From NCBI GenBank assembly GCA_964252035.1, contig OZ176200.1: DNA of 64,000 nt; one strand, given 5' to 3'. The notes beneath the pieces were generated by a model. That model searched no databases. It saw only the letters and a program-made list of their open reading frames with translations, and was not told the origin of the DNA. A program made the position numbers and the translations under genes. The DNA is from Podarcis erhardii. Lineage: Eukaryota. Shown one piece after another: positions 23,871 through 37,088 of this stretch. How positions within the stretch are numbered: the stretch's first letter is position 1; every line of letters starts with the position of its first letter.

Positions 23871-25445
23871 TTATGATGAGAAAGATCATTGACAAGAAAG
23901 AATAGGCAATACTGACCTAATGCTGGGACAAATAGTTTTGCCTGTTTTTGATGGACTTTTGGGCTAAGAATATTATTTCACAAGCAACACTTGTGTATTG
24001 GGTAGCAACCCCTCTTCTATCAGTGCAGCTATCCTCCCTCCCCAAAGGAAATTTCATTTCGATGTCACACACTAGAGTATTCAGATGAGCTGGGATTGTC
24101 CTCAAGTCTGTTTCTTTGCCCTGGACTATTTTGGCTCATTTATTTGGGTCTTCATCATACCATCCACACATATTTAAACTGCCTCAGTCCCTCAACAGTT
24201 TGCTTTTTAAGTGTTCGTTTCATTGAATATGTTGATAAAGATATTAAGGGATAACCATGGTCAGTATTTTTCATGTTATTGAATAAGCACGAGATAGATT
24301 GCATTTATATCAGTGTGCTGACAGAAGATGGGTTTTCATCCAACAAATTAGCTTTGGTCAGTAAAGACTTCAGGGCTTTTTTGATAGTGTCAGTGTTAAA
24401 TGACATACTCACCCCATATATGTCCATCAAAAACAGGACGAAGGAGTGGTAATTGACAGCATTTCAGCTAATTGAAAATCACAGTATATTAAATGGTTAA
24501 TTCATATTGAGTGATAGCATCTTATAAAGTTTACATCTGACAAAGAATCTCCATAGCAACATAAGGAAATGAACCTATTTTGGTTTAATGTGTCCATAAG
24601 AAAAAGCTGACCAAGAAGCAAATAAAACATTCATTTAGGTGCATTAACATTAACAGTTAACAGTTACCATTTGTAAGTGGAGTCACAGTCTCCTTTTTAG
24701 GGGGTCCTAATAACACAGACTTATGTCACTTGCTAATAACCACATGTGAAAATAAATCACTTTTGTTCTCTCTGTGTGGGATAATTATTAATTATCACTT
24801 GGTTGCTCCTCAGCCTCATTGAGAGGGCTGCATTTTGATGGAGTGAAGGTTCTGCCTTCCGCCTCCTTTCTGCTGCTTTAAGTGTGCGGCAAACACAACT
24901 TGTCTCCTAGCAGCAGGATTTATGTCACCGCTGTCTCTGCAGGGTTGCTTATTCAAAGAGTCATTACAAATTCTCAAATTAAACTGCTTAGCTGTTTGCC
25001 GCTTTCCTTGTGTCTCGCTGCTCCTTGGAGTCTCGCTGCTTTTCCACAGCAAGGAAATCAACGGCCATCTTACACAGGCTAACAGCTGAACAATAGTCGT
25101 CAGTTCTGTCCCAGTTCTTAGCTATTTACACGTGCAACATACAAAGAATAAAACCAGAAAAACATTATAGATAAAAACACCATTAAAAACATCAATAAAT
25201 ACTGATGGGTTAAAAATAGAAAATTAATATTGCAAAGGCCTGTCTAAACAATATCATTTTTTAAAGGTATCTAGAAGAAGGGAGAGATGGTTCCTGCTGA
25301 ACCTCTGCTGAGCAGGGCCTGCTTCACTAAATGATCTGTTTCTAGTGAAGACCAATCAAACCTCAGGAGTGCAGTTGGACCTTGTTCCTTTGGTTTTGGT
25401 CAAAGGAAGCCATTCCAGAGCTTCCTCAGCTCCCAAGGGAACATA

Positions 25446-25687
25446 CAGTGGTACCTCGGGTTAAGAACTTAATTCGTTCCAGAGGTCCGTTTTTAACCTG
25501 AAACTGTTCTTAACCTGAGGTGCCACATTAGCAAATGGGGCCTCCAGCTGCCACTGTGCCATCTCCACGCGATTTCAGTTCTCATCCTGAAGCAAAGTTC
25601 TTAACCCGAGGTACTCTTTCTGGGTTAGTGGAGTCTGTAACCTGAAGCATCTGTAACCTAAAGCGCCTGTAACCCGAGGTACCACTA
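25446..25687. mobile_element. Tc1/mariner (Tigger-like) MITE, complete
   Basis: TA-CAGTGGTACCTCGGGTTA...TAACCCGAGGTACCACTA-TA. Confidence 0.92.
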
Positions 25688-27030
25688 TATAGTACTGTTG
25701 TTCTGTACTAAGGGAGCTACAGGCATGACCCCTAATGCCAGTGCAAGGCTGTTTATGAATAGTATGAATGAGCTTCATGCGCCTGCACACAGCTGCTTTG
25801 CTTCTGCCTTCACATGAGTAGGAAAACAAGCCAAGAAGCTGCAGTAAACTGTGTATTTCCTTTACTCCTGAACCAAGAAACAATAGTCTGGCTAGCTTGG
25901 AAGCCAGTATTAAACCATGGGCTTCATATTCCTAGTTTAGATATAACAGGAATCTGTGCAGCTTCCTGGCTTGTTTCCTCATTTATGCAAAGAAAGCAGC
26001 TAAGCACCTGTGTGTGAGCTTATTAAAGTGAGATTTGATTGTCCTAACATGGCCATAGTTTGGCCTGGCCCCAGATATTTTGCTGCCTGAGGCAAAGGAA
26101 CAAGATGATGCCTCACTGAAGACAAGCAGATTCAATGATAGGGGGGGGGGGGAAATCCTCTGCTGCACCTGAGGGAAGCAGGCTATCTTGGGCGGAGGGC
26201 ACATTAACCAGGCCATCCCGCATGCTTACAGCTGTGTCCTCTAGCGCTCCTCCAGTATCCACCAGCACCTGAAGCAGCTGCCTCAGAACCAGCCTGGGCC
26301 ATTGTGTGGGCAAAGATGGCCAGGAGGCAGAAACCTTCACTTTGTCAAATGCAGCCTTCTCTAGGGGACTTACCATGTGATAATTGATAATAATACCATG
26401 CAAAGGAAACAGAAGTGATTTATTGTCCACATGCGGCTGTTATTAACAAATGACACAATGCTCTGATTTTTGGTTTGTCTGAGGTATCTTTAACCGATCT
26501 CAGAAGTCTGTGAGTGGCACCATTACAAACCACACAGGGCAGACCTTGAAACAAAGAACGGCATGCGAAAGTCCTCTTTTCTCAAAGAGAATCAGAAGCC
26601 CTGTAGTTAAATTCCTGCTTCTATGGTAATATCGAATCGGAAGGCTCAGGCAGCTGAGTGCAGGAGGAGCCTGACTGACTGTCAGCTTTAGTTTATCATT
26701 CATAGGATATTTCTGCATTTGTGTCATAAAGGTCACAGTGTCTGGAACTCGGTGGCTTACTTTAAATCAGTCTGGGTGTTCATGACAGTTTGTTGAGGTG
26801 GGGAGAACCACGGTGGCATTTGTGAGAAGGCTTTTTCTTATCCTGCAACGTGTGCCAATCAACAAAACGAAATCACACCTAATATACCTCCAAGAAAGCT
26901 GCAGAGCCAAACATTGTAGCATCTCTTTGACAGAGAAGGTGGTCCTTGTTTGGCTTTTATTCAAAGATGTGTATTAGTAATATTTGTGACTAAAAGGTCA
27001 CTGTGTCACTCCTGAAATAATACAATCTAT

Positions 27031-27074
27031 CTCCCTCCCTCCCTCCCTCCCTCCCTCCCTCCCTCCCTCCCTCC
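27031..27074. repeat. (CCCT)n microsatellite
   Basis: Seen directly. Confidence 0.95.
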
Positions 27075-28909
27075 AAGAGATGCAGATCCAGCTACTGATT
27101 TTTGGGAAGCCTAACCTGGTTACCCACAGTGAGCATACCTTTGTGTCCCATCCCGCTCCTGTTGCCACTTCTGGGCCCTGGTAGTGCACCTGGCAGTCTC
27201 CTGCTCACTATCACACCCTTAGCACAAGCTAAGACATTCACACAAAAAGCCCCTGAACCTTCCTTTTAAAGTACAGGACAACCACCACTATTTGTAGGGC
27301 AAGTGTCCCAAATACCTTTAATGTAGGCTGGCCCTGCAGGCCTGTTTGCACAGGTGCTGATGCCATCAAATTATCGGTAATGGGGACCTGGGGGATGGAG
27401 ACAGAGCCAGCTTGACATCAGACCCAATCTCAGCTGTCTCCCTAGAAGAGAGGCAGCTCCACAGCAGGAGGCCTCAGGCTGGGGGTCTCCAGATGCCCCT
27501 CCAACAGCCTGTTGGGCCCTTCATTGGGATCCAGATCTCCACCTCTCATGCTGCTCCTCAGAATCAGACACATCCAGCAGCCTGGGATCTTCTCCCCCAG
27601 CCCACTTGGACCCTCTGTGGGGTCTTCTACCTCCTCAGTCTCTCTCCATTCCTTCTCAGCATCCAATCATCCTCTCTATTACATCTCCACAGGACTCAAG
27701 ACGGTCCCCTCCCCAAATGGCAGTAGGCACTGGGGGGCTGTGGACCCCTCCAAGTGTCCCAGCGTGTTGGGTTCTGACCCCAGGCTTGAGCTTCGGGTGG
27801 TATACATGGTTCTCCCCCCCCCATGTTATCTTTGCAACAAGGCTGAGAGATAATTAACAAACTTTCATAACCTCAGAAGCATCACTTACAGTGCAATTAC
27901 CGGTATATACATGTCTACTCAAAAGCAAGGCCACTGGGGCTTCCTCCCAGGTAAGTGAGTTGCACTTTTAAGTGGTATCCATTTGTTACACTAGTTAATA
28001 CTGCATCTCTCGCACACATACACCTACTTTGAAACATAAGAATTGCTTCTGAGCAACGTTTTACTTACAACTGACTATGTTTTGCTACCCTAATCTTCCC
28101 GCATGAATACTTGTAGCTCAGATACTTGCAGCTGAAGAGATATGCATTTCACCGTGCAAAATCTGGATCTGAACCATGTAAATTCATGGCTGTCATCTAA
28201 TACATTTCAGCTCTAGATATGTTCATCTGATTTCTTAGCTGTAATACAGCTTCCTGACACTTAGCTGCAAGCACAGCCTGAGCCAGAAAACAATATGCAA
28301 AGAGCACAACTCAGGAGAAAGTTAGATTTGCTTTGCTTCGGTTGAAATAAATGAGATATAAGTTCTTAATGTGTGCTTAAACCCTTTGGATTGAAATGAG
28401 GCTTAAGCATGTCTGGCCTTCCCTAGAGTATGCCCACAATTTCAAGTGATTATTCCACACCCCCTGGAAGAAACAGCAACTTTTCCAACACTTGTTAGTT
28501 AAGATTATACACACACACACACAAACATATACATACTGAGTTTTGATTAATCAGTTGAAACAAATTAGTTTAATGAATGGCCAGCATAGTGGGAGGGTCC
28601 TCCTGTGGAGCTGCCCCACCCCCAGCACCAACATTGCTGCCACTTACCAAGATAGTGCAGGGGCAGAGCACTGAGATTGGGGCTGCACAGCCACATAAGG
28701 ATGATGTAAGAGTGGCATTGTGTACAGACATTGCTTGTTGGCAAGTGACTCCATAAGCACTTGGGTGAACAGGGTGGTTACCACTGGGCCTTGCAGCTCT
28801 ATCACCCCGGGTGACCTTACCCCCTGTACACTCCAACCCCAGGACACTACCCATGTTCCAGAATTTCATTTTTCAGGCATTAGTCACCAATGCTGATATA
28901 ATAATGTTG

Positions 28910-29059
28910 TTGCTTCAGGATGAGAACAGAAATCATGCTCCAGCGGCACAGCGGCAGCAGGAGGCCCCATTAGCTAAAGTGGTGCTTCAGGTTAAGAACA
29001 GTTTCAGGTTAAGAATGGACCTCCGGAACGAATTAAGTACTTAACCTGAGGTACCACTG
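28910..29059. mobile_element. Tc1/mariner MITE, truncated (one TIR)
   Basis: Colinear with the second half of 23204-23429; ends GAGGTACCACTG-TA. Confidence 0.85.
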
Positions 29060-29221
29060 TATAGAGAACCTGTTCAACTGATCAAGCCAGTCTCTTTATA
29101 AGATAATGGCCCTCGCTGGCCCAGCTAAGTACCCAGCATCTTAAAGAGTGAACCATGTTGCCATAGAGACGAATGGGTTGTCCTGCCCACCATTTCCTCA
29201 CTGGATGCCACACCATCCTAT

Positions 29222-29440
29222 CAGGATGAAAGGGAGAAATGTGCTAAGAGGAAGGCACGCTTGGCAAATCCACACCGTGATCAACTCATGTCCGGAAACC
29301 AATGTCCCCACTGTGGAAGGACATGTGGATCCAGAATTGGCCTCAGTCACTTACGGACTCATTGTTAAAACCATGTTTATGGAAGACAATCTTACTCAGC
29401 TACAAGTGATTGCCAAAGGAGGAGGAGGAGGAGGAGGAAG
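29222..29440 (+). mobile_element. RTE-clade LINE 3' fragment, same family as 6759-8534
   Basis: Reads CPHCGRTCGSRIG; same 3' UTR (ATGGAAGACAATCTTACT); (GGA)n tail. Confidence 0.88.
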
Positions 29441-31747
29441 AAAATGGACCAGTAGGGGCTAGTCTCTGTGTGGGTTTAGGCTGCTGGTGGAAGAGACACA
29501 AAGACATTACACACTCACAATGTGCTGAATCCAAAGCTATGGCTTGCAGTGGGCAGGGTGGGGGTGGAAATGCATGAAAACCTGATGGGGAGCCAAGATC
29601 TGTTGGAGCCTTAGTGCTGTGAGCCCTTCCATCCTGTGCTCAGGTTGTATAAAGATGTAAATGAAACCGTATGACCTAAAGACACCTTCCTTCCAAGGAA
29701 AGCAACCCTTGTGTAAGTGCTGTAAACCTTGCAGTCTCTTGCTGCTTGGAGATTGGGTTGCACACAATAATATGTAGCAGAGCAGTTTCTGAATGAGGGC
29801 GAAACCCCAGGAATCCTGTAGCTCAGGGAGCAGAAACTCTCAGGAAGCTGTCATGTTTTTTGACTACTCCAGTAGAGTGTTTTCTAGCCAATCTGGTTTT
29901 TGAAACGAACAGTTATTAGGGCTTGCCTTTCTGGAAACAGATACAGATGTTGCTACATATCAGTTGTATGAGTTGTGTCTATTATATGATTATTAGAATC
30001 CCAACGCAGCCATTGCTGTTAGTGATTACTATCCCTCTTGTCCTTGAGGCACATTAAGCACCTCTAGGTTAAGTACCAAGAACACCTAATTGTATCTAAC
30101 CCTTACACCCTCCTGAAATGATTTATTCTAAAGGCAATGTGCTTTTGGGCTCCCGTGACAATTTGAGGGATGAATTCTATTACCCAAGCTTTTCCTGAGT
30201 GCATAAGCCATATGGTATCTTCATTGGAGAATGCAACAGAGATCAAATATGTCAAATTTTGGGCAGAATTGCTCTGCGCTCCGCACACACATACATCTTA
30301 AAGTGGTTTTGTTTGCTAAGGAAGCAAATGTAGAAGTTCTATATGGTAATGAAATAGGAAATTATATAAATATTGGGTATTCCCAGTGATAACCAGTGAA
30401 CATATTTCAACAGATTAATCCATATTTATTTTCTTGACAGCTAAATGATAACCTGTTTATTTGCTACTAAGAAGTTCTTGACAGGTTGCATTTAACAAAT
30501 ATTCTGTGTAACTTGGTGCTTGAACTGTAATTTAATTCAAACGGTAGTCAGACACATCAATCTGAATGAATCCTTTGGAAAATAAAATGCTATCAGTTTC
30601 CCTTACAAAACCAGAGTCTTCTACTATTGTCTATATTTCATATACTGAAAAATAAAACAGTATATTAATAACCACTTATCATAATGTCAAGGGAGTCAGC
30701 TGACATGTGGACCAGCTTTTCATTATACCCTTGAAAATGTCCCTCAGAACTAATCTCTAGCAACGTCAGATGTGTTGTCATGTTACAATGTCTAGATGCA
30801 CTAAAAAGATTAAGGGACACTTGATTTCCTAGCCATGGTTAAAAGATTGGGAGTGTCCCACATGCTCCTCCCTCTGTCTACTGCTTGTAAAGCCCCTTTC
30901 CCCTTCCCCTTCTCAAAGACAATCATGGTTCACTGTCGCTGATGCAATTGCTAATGAGATACTGGCAGAGTTTGCAGATAATGAGCTTGTGACACATTTT
31001 TCCACTGCTTGTAATATTTGCTTTTGTAATGAGCCTGGCACCCTTCTCCTGAAACACTGTTCATAATGAAGACAAACGGATGTCCCATTTTTGCACCTTG
31101 GTGCTCAGCAGTGCTCAGGCCAGACCAGAAGGGTTGATAGCGGCTGTTGGCATAGGCTAAGATCTGGATTAGCCTCTTAGTCTGGTTGACAGCTCATCCA
31201 CACTTCTGCTTGCCCCATGCCTAAAAATCTTGGGTCTGAACGGCTTTCTGCTTTTCCCATGCTTTCTACGCACAGGTCAGAGCAGTTTTGTGTTTGCGCT
31301 GGAATCTGAACAAACAGCAAACTGCAGAAAACCTGATTGCCTTTTGTTCCAATTCAGTTTTAGTATTCCCATTGCTGGGGGAGGAAAAGTGGCCTCCCAA
31401 TAGTGAAATACATTTCTCTGGGGCATATGTTCCCTATGACACCTGCATGCTGCACAATAGACTCTGGAGAGCCTTCACACTATGGGCAAATATCCTTGCT
31501 GCTGGCTGGTAATGGTGTGTAAACTCTCCGTGCCATAGCGGCACTGCTCTAAACCCACAATCTAAGCCCACACTTACCTGCAAGAAATCCCTATTGAGCT
31601 CAACAGGGCTTCCTTCTGAGTAGATAGGTATCAGAGTGCACTCTAAATTTACAGCCACCACCTAGAAACTAGAGTTGGGGTTTTCTGAAAATATCAATGT
31701 TGAGCTTCTCAATTTTTTCCCATTTCATGTCTTGCTCCTTTATCTCA

Positions 31748-31945
31748 CCAGTATGGTATAGTGGTTAGAGCATTAGACAAGGACCTAGGAGACCAGGATC
31801 ATGAAGTTCATGGGGTGTTCCTGGGGCCAGTCACTGCCTCTTAAACTAACCTACCTCACAGTGTTATTGTGGGCATTATATGAGGTTGGGGAGAACCATG
31901 TATGCCACCTAGAGCTCCTTGGAGAAAAAGGTGGGATATAAATAC
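31748..31945 (+). mobile_element. Older tRNA-derived (MIR-like) SINE
   Basis: CAGTATGGTATAGTGGTTAGAGC head, CTAACCTACCTCACAG core and GGTGGGATATAAAT tail; related to 53445-53645. Confidence 0.65.
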
Positions 31946-32020
31946 AAGTATTAAAATGTGATGAGTTATTTTTTTCTTTAACCAGTTCCAATAAAAATAC
32001 AAATAATTCTTGCAAATTAT

Positions 32021-32366
32021 GGGTGGTGCTGTGGGTTAAACCACAGAGCCTAGGACTTGCCCATCAGAAGGTCGGTGGTTCGAATCCCCATGATGGGGTG
32101 AGCTCCTGTTGCTCGGTCCCTGCTCCTGCCAACCTAGCAGTTTGAAAGCACGTCAAAGTGCAAGTAGATAAATAGATACCGCTCTGGTGGGAAGGTAACG
32201 GCATTTCCGTGCGCTGCTCTGGTTTGCCAGAAGCAGCTTAGTCATGTTGGCCACATGACCCGGAAGCTGTACGCCAGCTCCCTCGGCCAGTAAAGCGAGA
32301 TGAGTGCCTCAACCCCAGAGTCGGCCACGACTGGACCTAATGGTCAGGAGTCCCTTTACCTTTACC
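32021..32366 (+). mobile_element. Sauria SINE
   Basis: GGGTGGTGCTGTGGGTTAAACCACAGAGCC head, GGTTCGAATCCC B-box and (TTTACC)n tail. Confidence 0.92.
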
Positions 32367-32398
32367 TATAATAAACAGATACTTACAAGAATGCATGT

Positions 32399-32399
<1 letters not shown>

Positions 32400-32450
<51 letters not shown>
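32400..32450. repeat. (CT)n(GT)n compound microsatellite
   Basis: Seen directly. Confidence 0.95.
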
Positions 32451-34900
32451 ACAAACACAAATAATGCTTATAAAATTATTCTGCAGAAACATAGTAACAC
32501 ATAATGTATTTTTGACATAATTATGCATATAATTGGTTGGCCTTTAAAAAAAAATGAAACAAAACCAGCAATCCACAAGCAACTCGGACATAAGTGGGCA
32601 CATAAGTGGGCACCATCAGGAGGTGGTCCAAGGTAGGCAAAGCTTGATTAGGTTAGAACTAGAAACTTCCATGTATAAACCCATTTTAAATGGATTACTC
32701 TTCCATACCTACCAGAAACTACTGATTTCAGCATGGTGGTTGTAACATACGTCCTCACTCACCTGACTAAACTGACTGAAGATGAGCCTTGTAATACTGG
32801 CTGGCTCTGTGCCATGATGAATAGTATAGTATATGATGGCCTTGAAAAAAAAATTCTTTCTTTCTTTTAAAAATCATGTGTAGGTGGGCTTTTTTCTTTT
32901 TTTATTCTAACCTCTTCATCTTAGAAAGATGTTTTTAGAAGATTAGTTGTAAAATTAGATATTGATTTCTCAGAGTTAAGGATGGGGAAGGCAGCATCAA
33001 TCCAGCTGCATTAACTATGAAACTGATTGTGCTGATAAACGCATGATTCTGGTTTCCTGCTTTGCTTTATTATTTGAAGAACTTCTTCTTCACTGATGCC
33101 ATTAAGAAAATTATAGCCGTATCATGTACATGACAGGCAAAGCTCCTATTGTTAGCACTCAGCAGGGAACAAACTCCCTGTAACTAGGATAATGCAGCAT
33201 CCTTAGCAGAACAAGCAATATCCATTGTCTCTGCAATCCTCCAACATTTGCAAGGGCTTTCGCCTTTCTGTAACTTGCTAAACTTGCATACTATCTGGGA
33301 AGGGAAGTTGGACCAAACTTCATTTCTGACTTTGGTTCTCAAAAGCACAGATTAAAGATAGCCATTGTGAACAAAACAGGTATTTGAAAAGTGCTGGGTA
33401 ATTAGCATCATCTGCATAATTAGCTCCATTGAAAAGCTATCTCCATGCATCAGTATTAGAGCTATGTCAAGCAAGTAGAACTAGCTGCTGATTATTTTGA
33501 CAGCAATTAAAATTCAATTGCTTCTTATATATGTTATGACGGTGGTATCTCAAGGTGGTATAGATAGAGAAGTACATGGATTAATATGCCAGTGCTGTTG
33601 CATTGTTTTGCACCAGGTAATGCTTGACTAGGTCTGTGGTGACGCCAGTTTTGTGTTCTTCTATTTGTAATTAATTGTGCCTTATGGTATGGTATGCTAT
33701 TTGTGTTGATTCTGATCCGCAGTGAAGAGAGGGATAGACTGCATTATTACATCCTTAAATGTTTTAGATAAATAAAATAACCAGGTGTTGCTGGCACAGA
33801 TCAATGGAATGACATGCTCTTCAAAGAGAGGTGCACATATAATTTACATTACTGCAGGTGCCTGTTCTACAATATATGTAGCATGACAGTAGATTTGCAA
33901 TTTCTAACATTAGTAAAATTTAACTCCATGAGTCTGAGAAACAATCATAATTAAAACTTCGCTTGAGGGGGCAAGCCCACCTTGGAATTTATTTGAAATT
34001 ATCTGAATTCCATGCAGCTCTTAACTCACCCAGCACACATCTGCAGGGTGTCTTAACATACACACCAAATAAACATGCCTGAGGCTTTGCCATGCAGTGC
34101 TTCTTCCCCAGCTGTGCAGGACTGATTCAACCAAGCAGGTAGGATAGATAGTTGCCTGGAGCCATTTAATTAAAGGAATGTTCTTCATACCAGAAGCAGG
34201 GTCCCAGCTGAGGTTCCATGCTGCATTTAGCATAGCTGGCTACCCTTGCAAAGTGAGTGCATTCCAGAATGACGAATGTGATCCCAATTTTTGTGTGGAG
34301 GCCCTTGGGTGGTACTGGAGATGGGCAGCCTTTATATCAGGCACCGTGATGTTTGCATGGAAGTGCTTTAGGGAAGAATCATGTGCCTTTTTCCATCTTT
34401 GCCTGGGTAGCTGCCATGGATGCATGCCCTACTGCCATCCTGTTAAAATTTAGTAGTATTGCTGTGGATTAAGCAGCCGTCTTATTTCTTCAACATCCAA
34501 AGATAAAGATCACTCCCTCCAATAGCAAACTTAAGTAGTGAGTGCTAACAGGATCACAACCAAAATGGGGCCATTTGAAAAACCTCAATGCTTGGGAAGA
34601 GCCTGAAGGTTGCAGACAAGCAACAGCAACAATATTTTCTAAAAACTTTAAGAGAGAGACTCCTGCAACAGCTTGATGCAGTGAGCATGTTCAGTAGTCA
34701 TTGCATGCTGGAAAAAGGAAACTGAAAAAGGGGCAGCGGAATGCCCTGCTTGAGCTCCTGACAACATAACCTGGAGGAGGGCATGGTGGTTGGCTGGAAC
34801 CCTAAATGGAAGCACTCCTGCTAGTGTTGGAAGCAGTGGGATGCAATTCTGCTTGTACTGAAGACTGGTGTGTCTGTATGGGAAAGAGTAGATAGAAGAA

Positions 34901-35068
34901 CAGTGGCGTAGCGTGGGTTGTCAGCACCCGGGGCAAGGCAAGTAATTTGCGCCCCCTAACCCGTGGATTTACGCCCCCTAACCCATGGATTTGCGCCCCT
35001 AACCCTAACCCCCAGATGTTGCGCCCGGTGCAGCCGGCCCCCCCTGCACCCCCCACGCTACGCCACTG
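34901..35068. mobile_element. hAT-type MITE, 168 bp; short sibling of 6935-7748 in opposite orientation
   Basis: Perfect TIR CAGTGGCGTAGCGTGGG / CCCACGCTACGCCACTG; perfect TSD TAGAAGAA at 34893-34900 and 35069-35076. Confidence 0.95.
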
Positions 35069-37062
35069 TAGAAGAAGCTCCAAGTTTCATAGACTGTCCT
35101 TTCTGACCTAACCTCAACTTCTGCTGAGTAGTTTAATTCCAAATACCAATAGCTAGGAGGTGAGGTTACAGGGTAATATTTGGCTGCAGATCTCTCTTGT
35201 ACTCATCAATCCATATCTTTATTGAAGAGTGATGAGCTGTTGTAATACTTGGAAATGTACAAGATAGGGAAAAGTAGAGGTGTGAGGTGGAAAAGGTGTG
35301 GTGTGGACCTAAATTTTTCATCAGAATACCTGCTGAGCCTTCAGAATCCCAAGCACCATTTTAACTTTTGAACATCCTGGATTTATATGCAGCATCCACA
35401 AGTAAGTGAGAGAAGAGGGATGCTGATAACTTTTCTCCAATACAGGAGACTTTGCTGGCCATGTGCAACAGCCCTACTGTATCAGTGAAGTCTCCAGAAT
35501 GAGGGTGAAATTGCACCATATTCCAGTAGGTTTCCAGCCAGAACCATAGATTTCTTTCCAAATGATGCATGTAGCATCTCTAATCAAAACTCATAGTAGA
35601 AGCAGAGCAGTTTGCTGCTCCTTATTAATACCAGATAATGCCTTTTCACTGACAACATTTAGAGTTGTTTATAACTATTTCTTAATAAGCAGTCTCATAA
35701 GGCATAACCTAGTTTTCAGTGAGCAATTGCCTTTATTATTTGACAGGTTAATTTTCTGCTGCTGCCTTAAAAGAGCATTCCTTCTATTGCACCACCTTTT
35801 GATCTCTGCTACAGTAAATAGAAGAGGCACATACATAATTGAGCAACAGCAACCACCGCTATTTGGGAGTTTCTGCTTCATCCCTGTGTACAGTGTGAAG
35901 GGGGGAGCTATTAAATTAGAGTCACCGCTGGTGGTACCTCAGATCCCAGCACCAGGCAACTGTCTTTGGTAGAGCTGCAAGGGCCCTCTCTTCCTGCCCC
36001 ACCCCTTGTGCAAGATTCTGTGGTGAGTTGTGAAAGCAGATCAGCAACATCCTCCGCTGAAAGTACGTGATTTGAGGTGCATGACCTGTGGCTTTGGGCT
36101 ACATGTGGCATGCATCCTAATTTCATGTGGCTCTAGGGAGTGGGTGGGAGTGAATATCATACACACACTCAAACACACACTATTTCTCCCTCTCCCTTTC
36201 TTGCATATGGGGTAGCTCTGATCCCTCCCAATGCTAGCATGTGCTCCAGAGAGATTAGTTCCAAGGGACTGCAGCCCTCAATGTGAGGGTGGGGAAAAAG
36301 TTGTCCACCCCTGTGATACAGAGTTTCTGAGAAGTGTTCTGGCTAGTTTTGCTCTGCTTACCAAGAAATCTTTACTGAGATAACATGTGAAAGTCCCTCC
36401 TTGTATGTCTTTCTTTCTAGGTTTCATGTCATGCAGAGGAGAATAATAAGCAGAGCATCACTTCATTTATTTTCTTCCTTTTTCCTTTGTATGTTGACAT
36501 AGACCTAAGAAGACCATTAACCGGTTCTGAGGATGCCTTCTGTCTGAGCATGTGTGGGATTCAGCAGAGTTTGTGGTTCCTGTCCATTGTATAAATGTCC
36601 CAAGATACCTCAGCCAAACATTACAGATGATCATTATTTCAAGCCGGCGGCCTATTTCCATACAGCCCTGCTCCTTTTATAAAACATGAAGTGCGCTGCT
36701 CTTGACCTGAGTCAAGAAGGATTCCCAGGGAACAGCTCAGTATACACAAAGCAGTGTTACAGGTTTAAAGTAGCAGTGTGCCAGTGAACACGCTGAATGG
36801 AAGGTTTTCAATTTTTAATAGCCCAAGTTCAAATTATGCCTGCAGCCATAACAACAAGGGGCTTTGTTCTTGTCAGATCTAGCAAGCTGAAGAGAATCAA
36901 GTTGGCTTAGTGGGTGAATCAGAAATCTCAAAGAAACATTCAGGTTGCAGAACAAGTGACATGCGTCATTCGATGGCTGCCACTCTTCCCTTTTGAGCCC
37001 AGTCAGTGCCACCACACTTGTTCACAGCCAAGGGGTTCCTTGTTGCTAAAGCTGCTGAATGA

Positions 37063-37088
37063 ATGAATGAATGAATGAATGAATGAAT
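37063..37088. repeat. (GAAT)n microsatellite
   Basis: Seen directly. Confidence 0.9.

Noticed and set aside
27390-27860. GC-richer island with several 74-113 aa ORFs, possibly an LTR
   Set aside because: No TG...CA ends, TSD or second copy could be identified.
27945-27958. Strong donor CCCAG|GTAAGT
   Set aside because: It lies inside a short palindromic dispersed repeat, so it is not evidence of an exon.
32021-32100. tRNA-like A/B boxes
   Set aside because: These are SINE heads, not tRNA genes; there is no full cloverleaf and they continue into SINE bodies.
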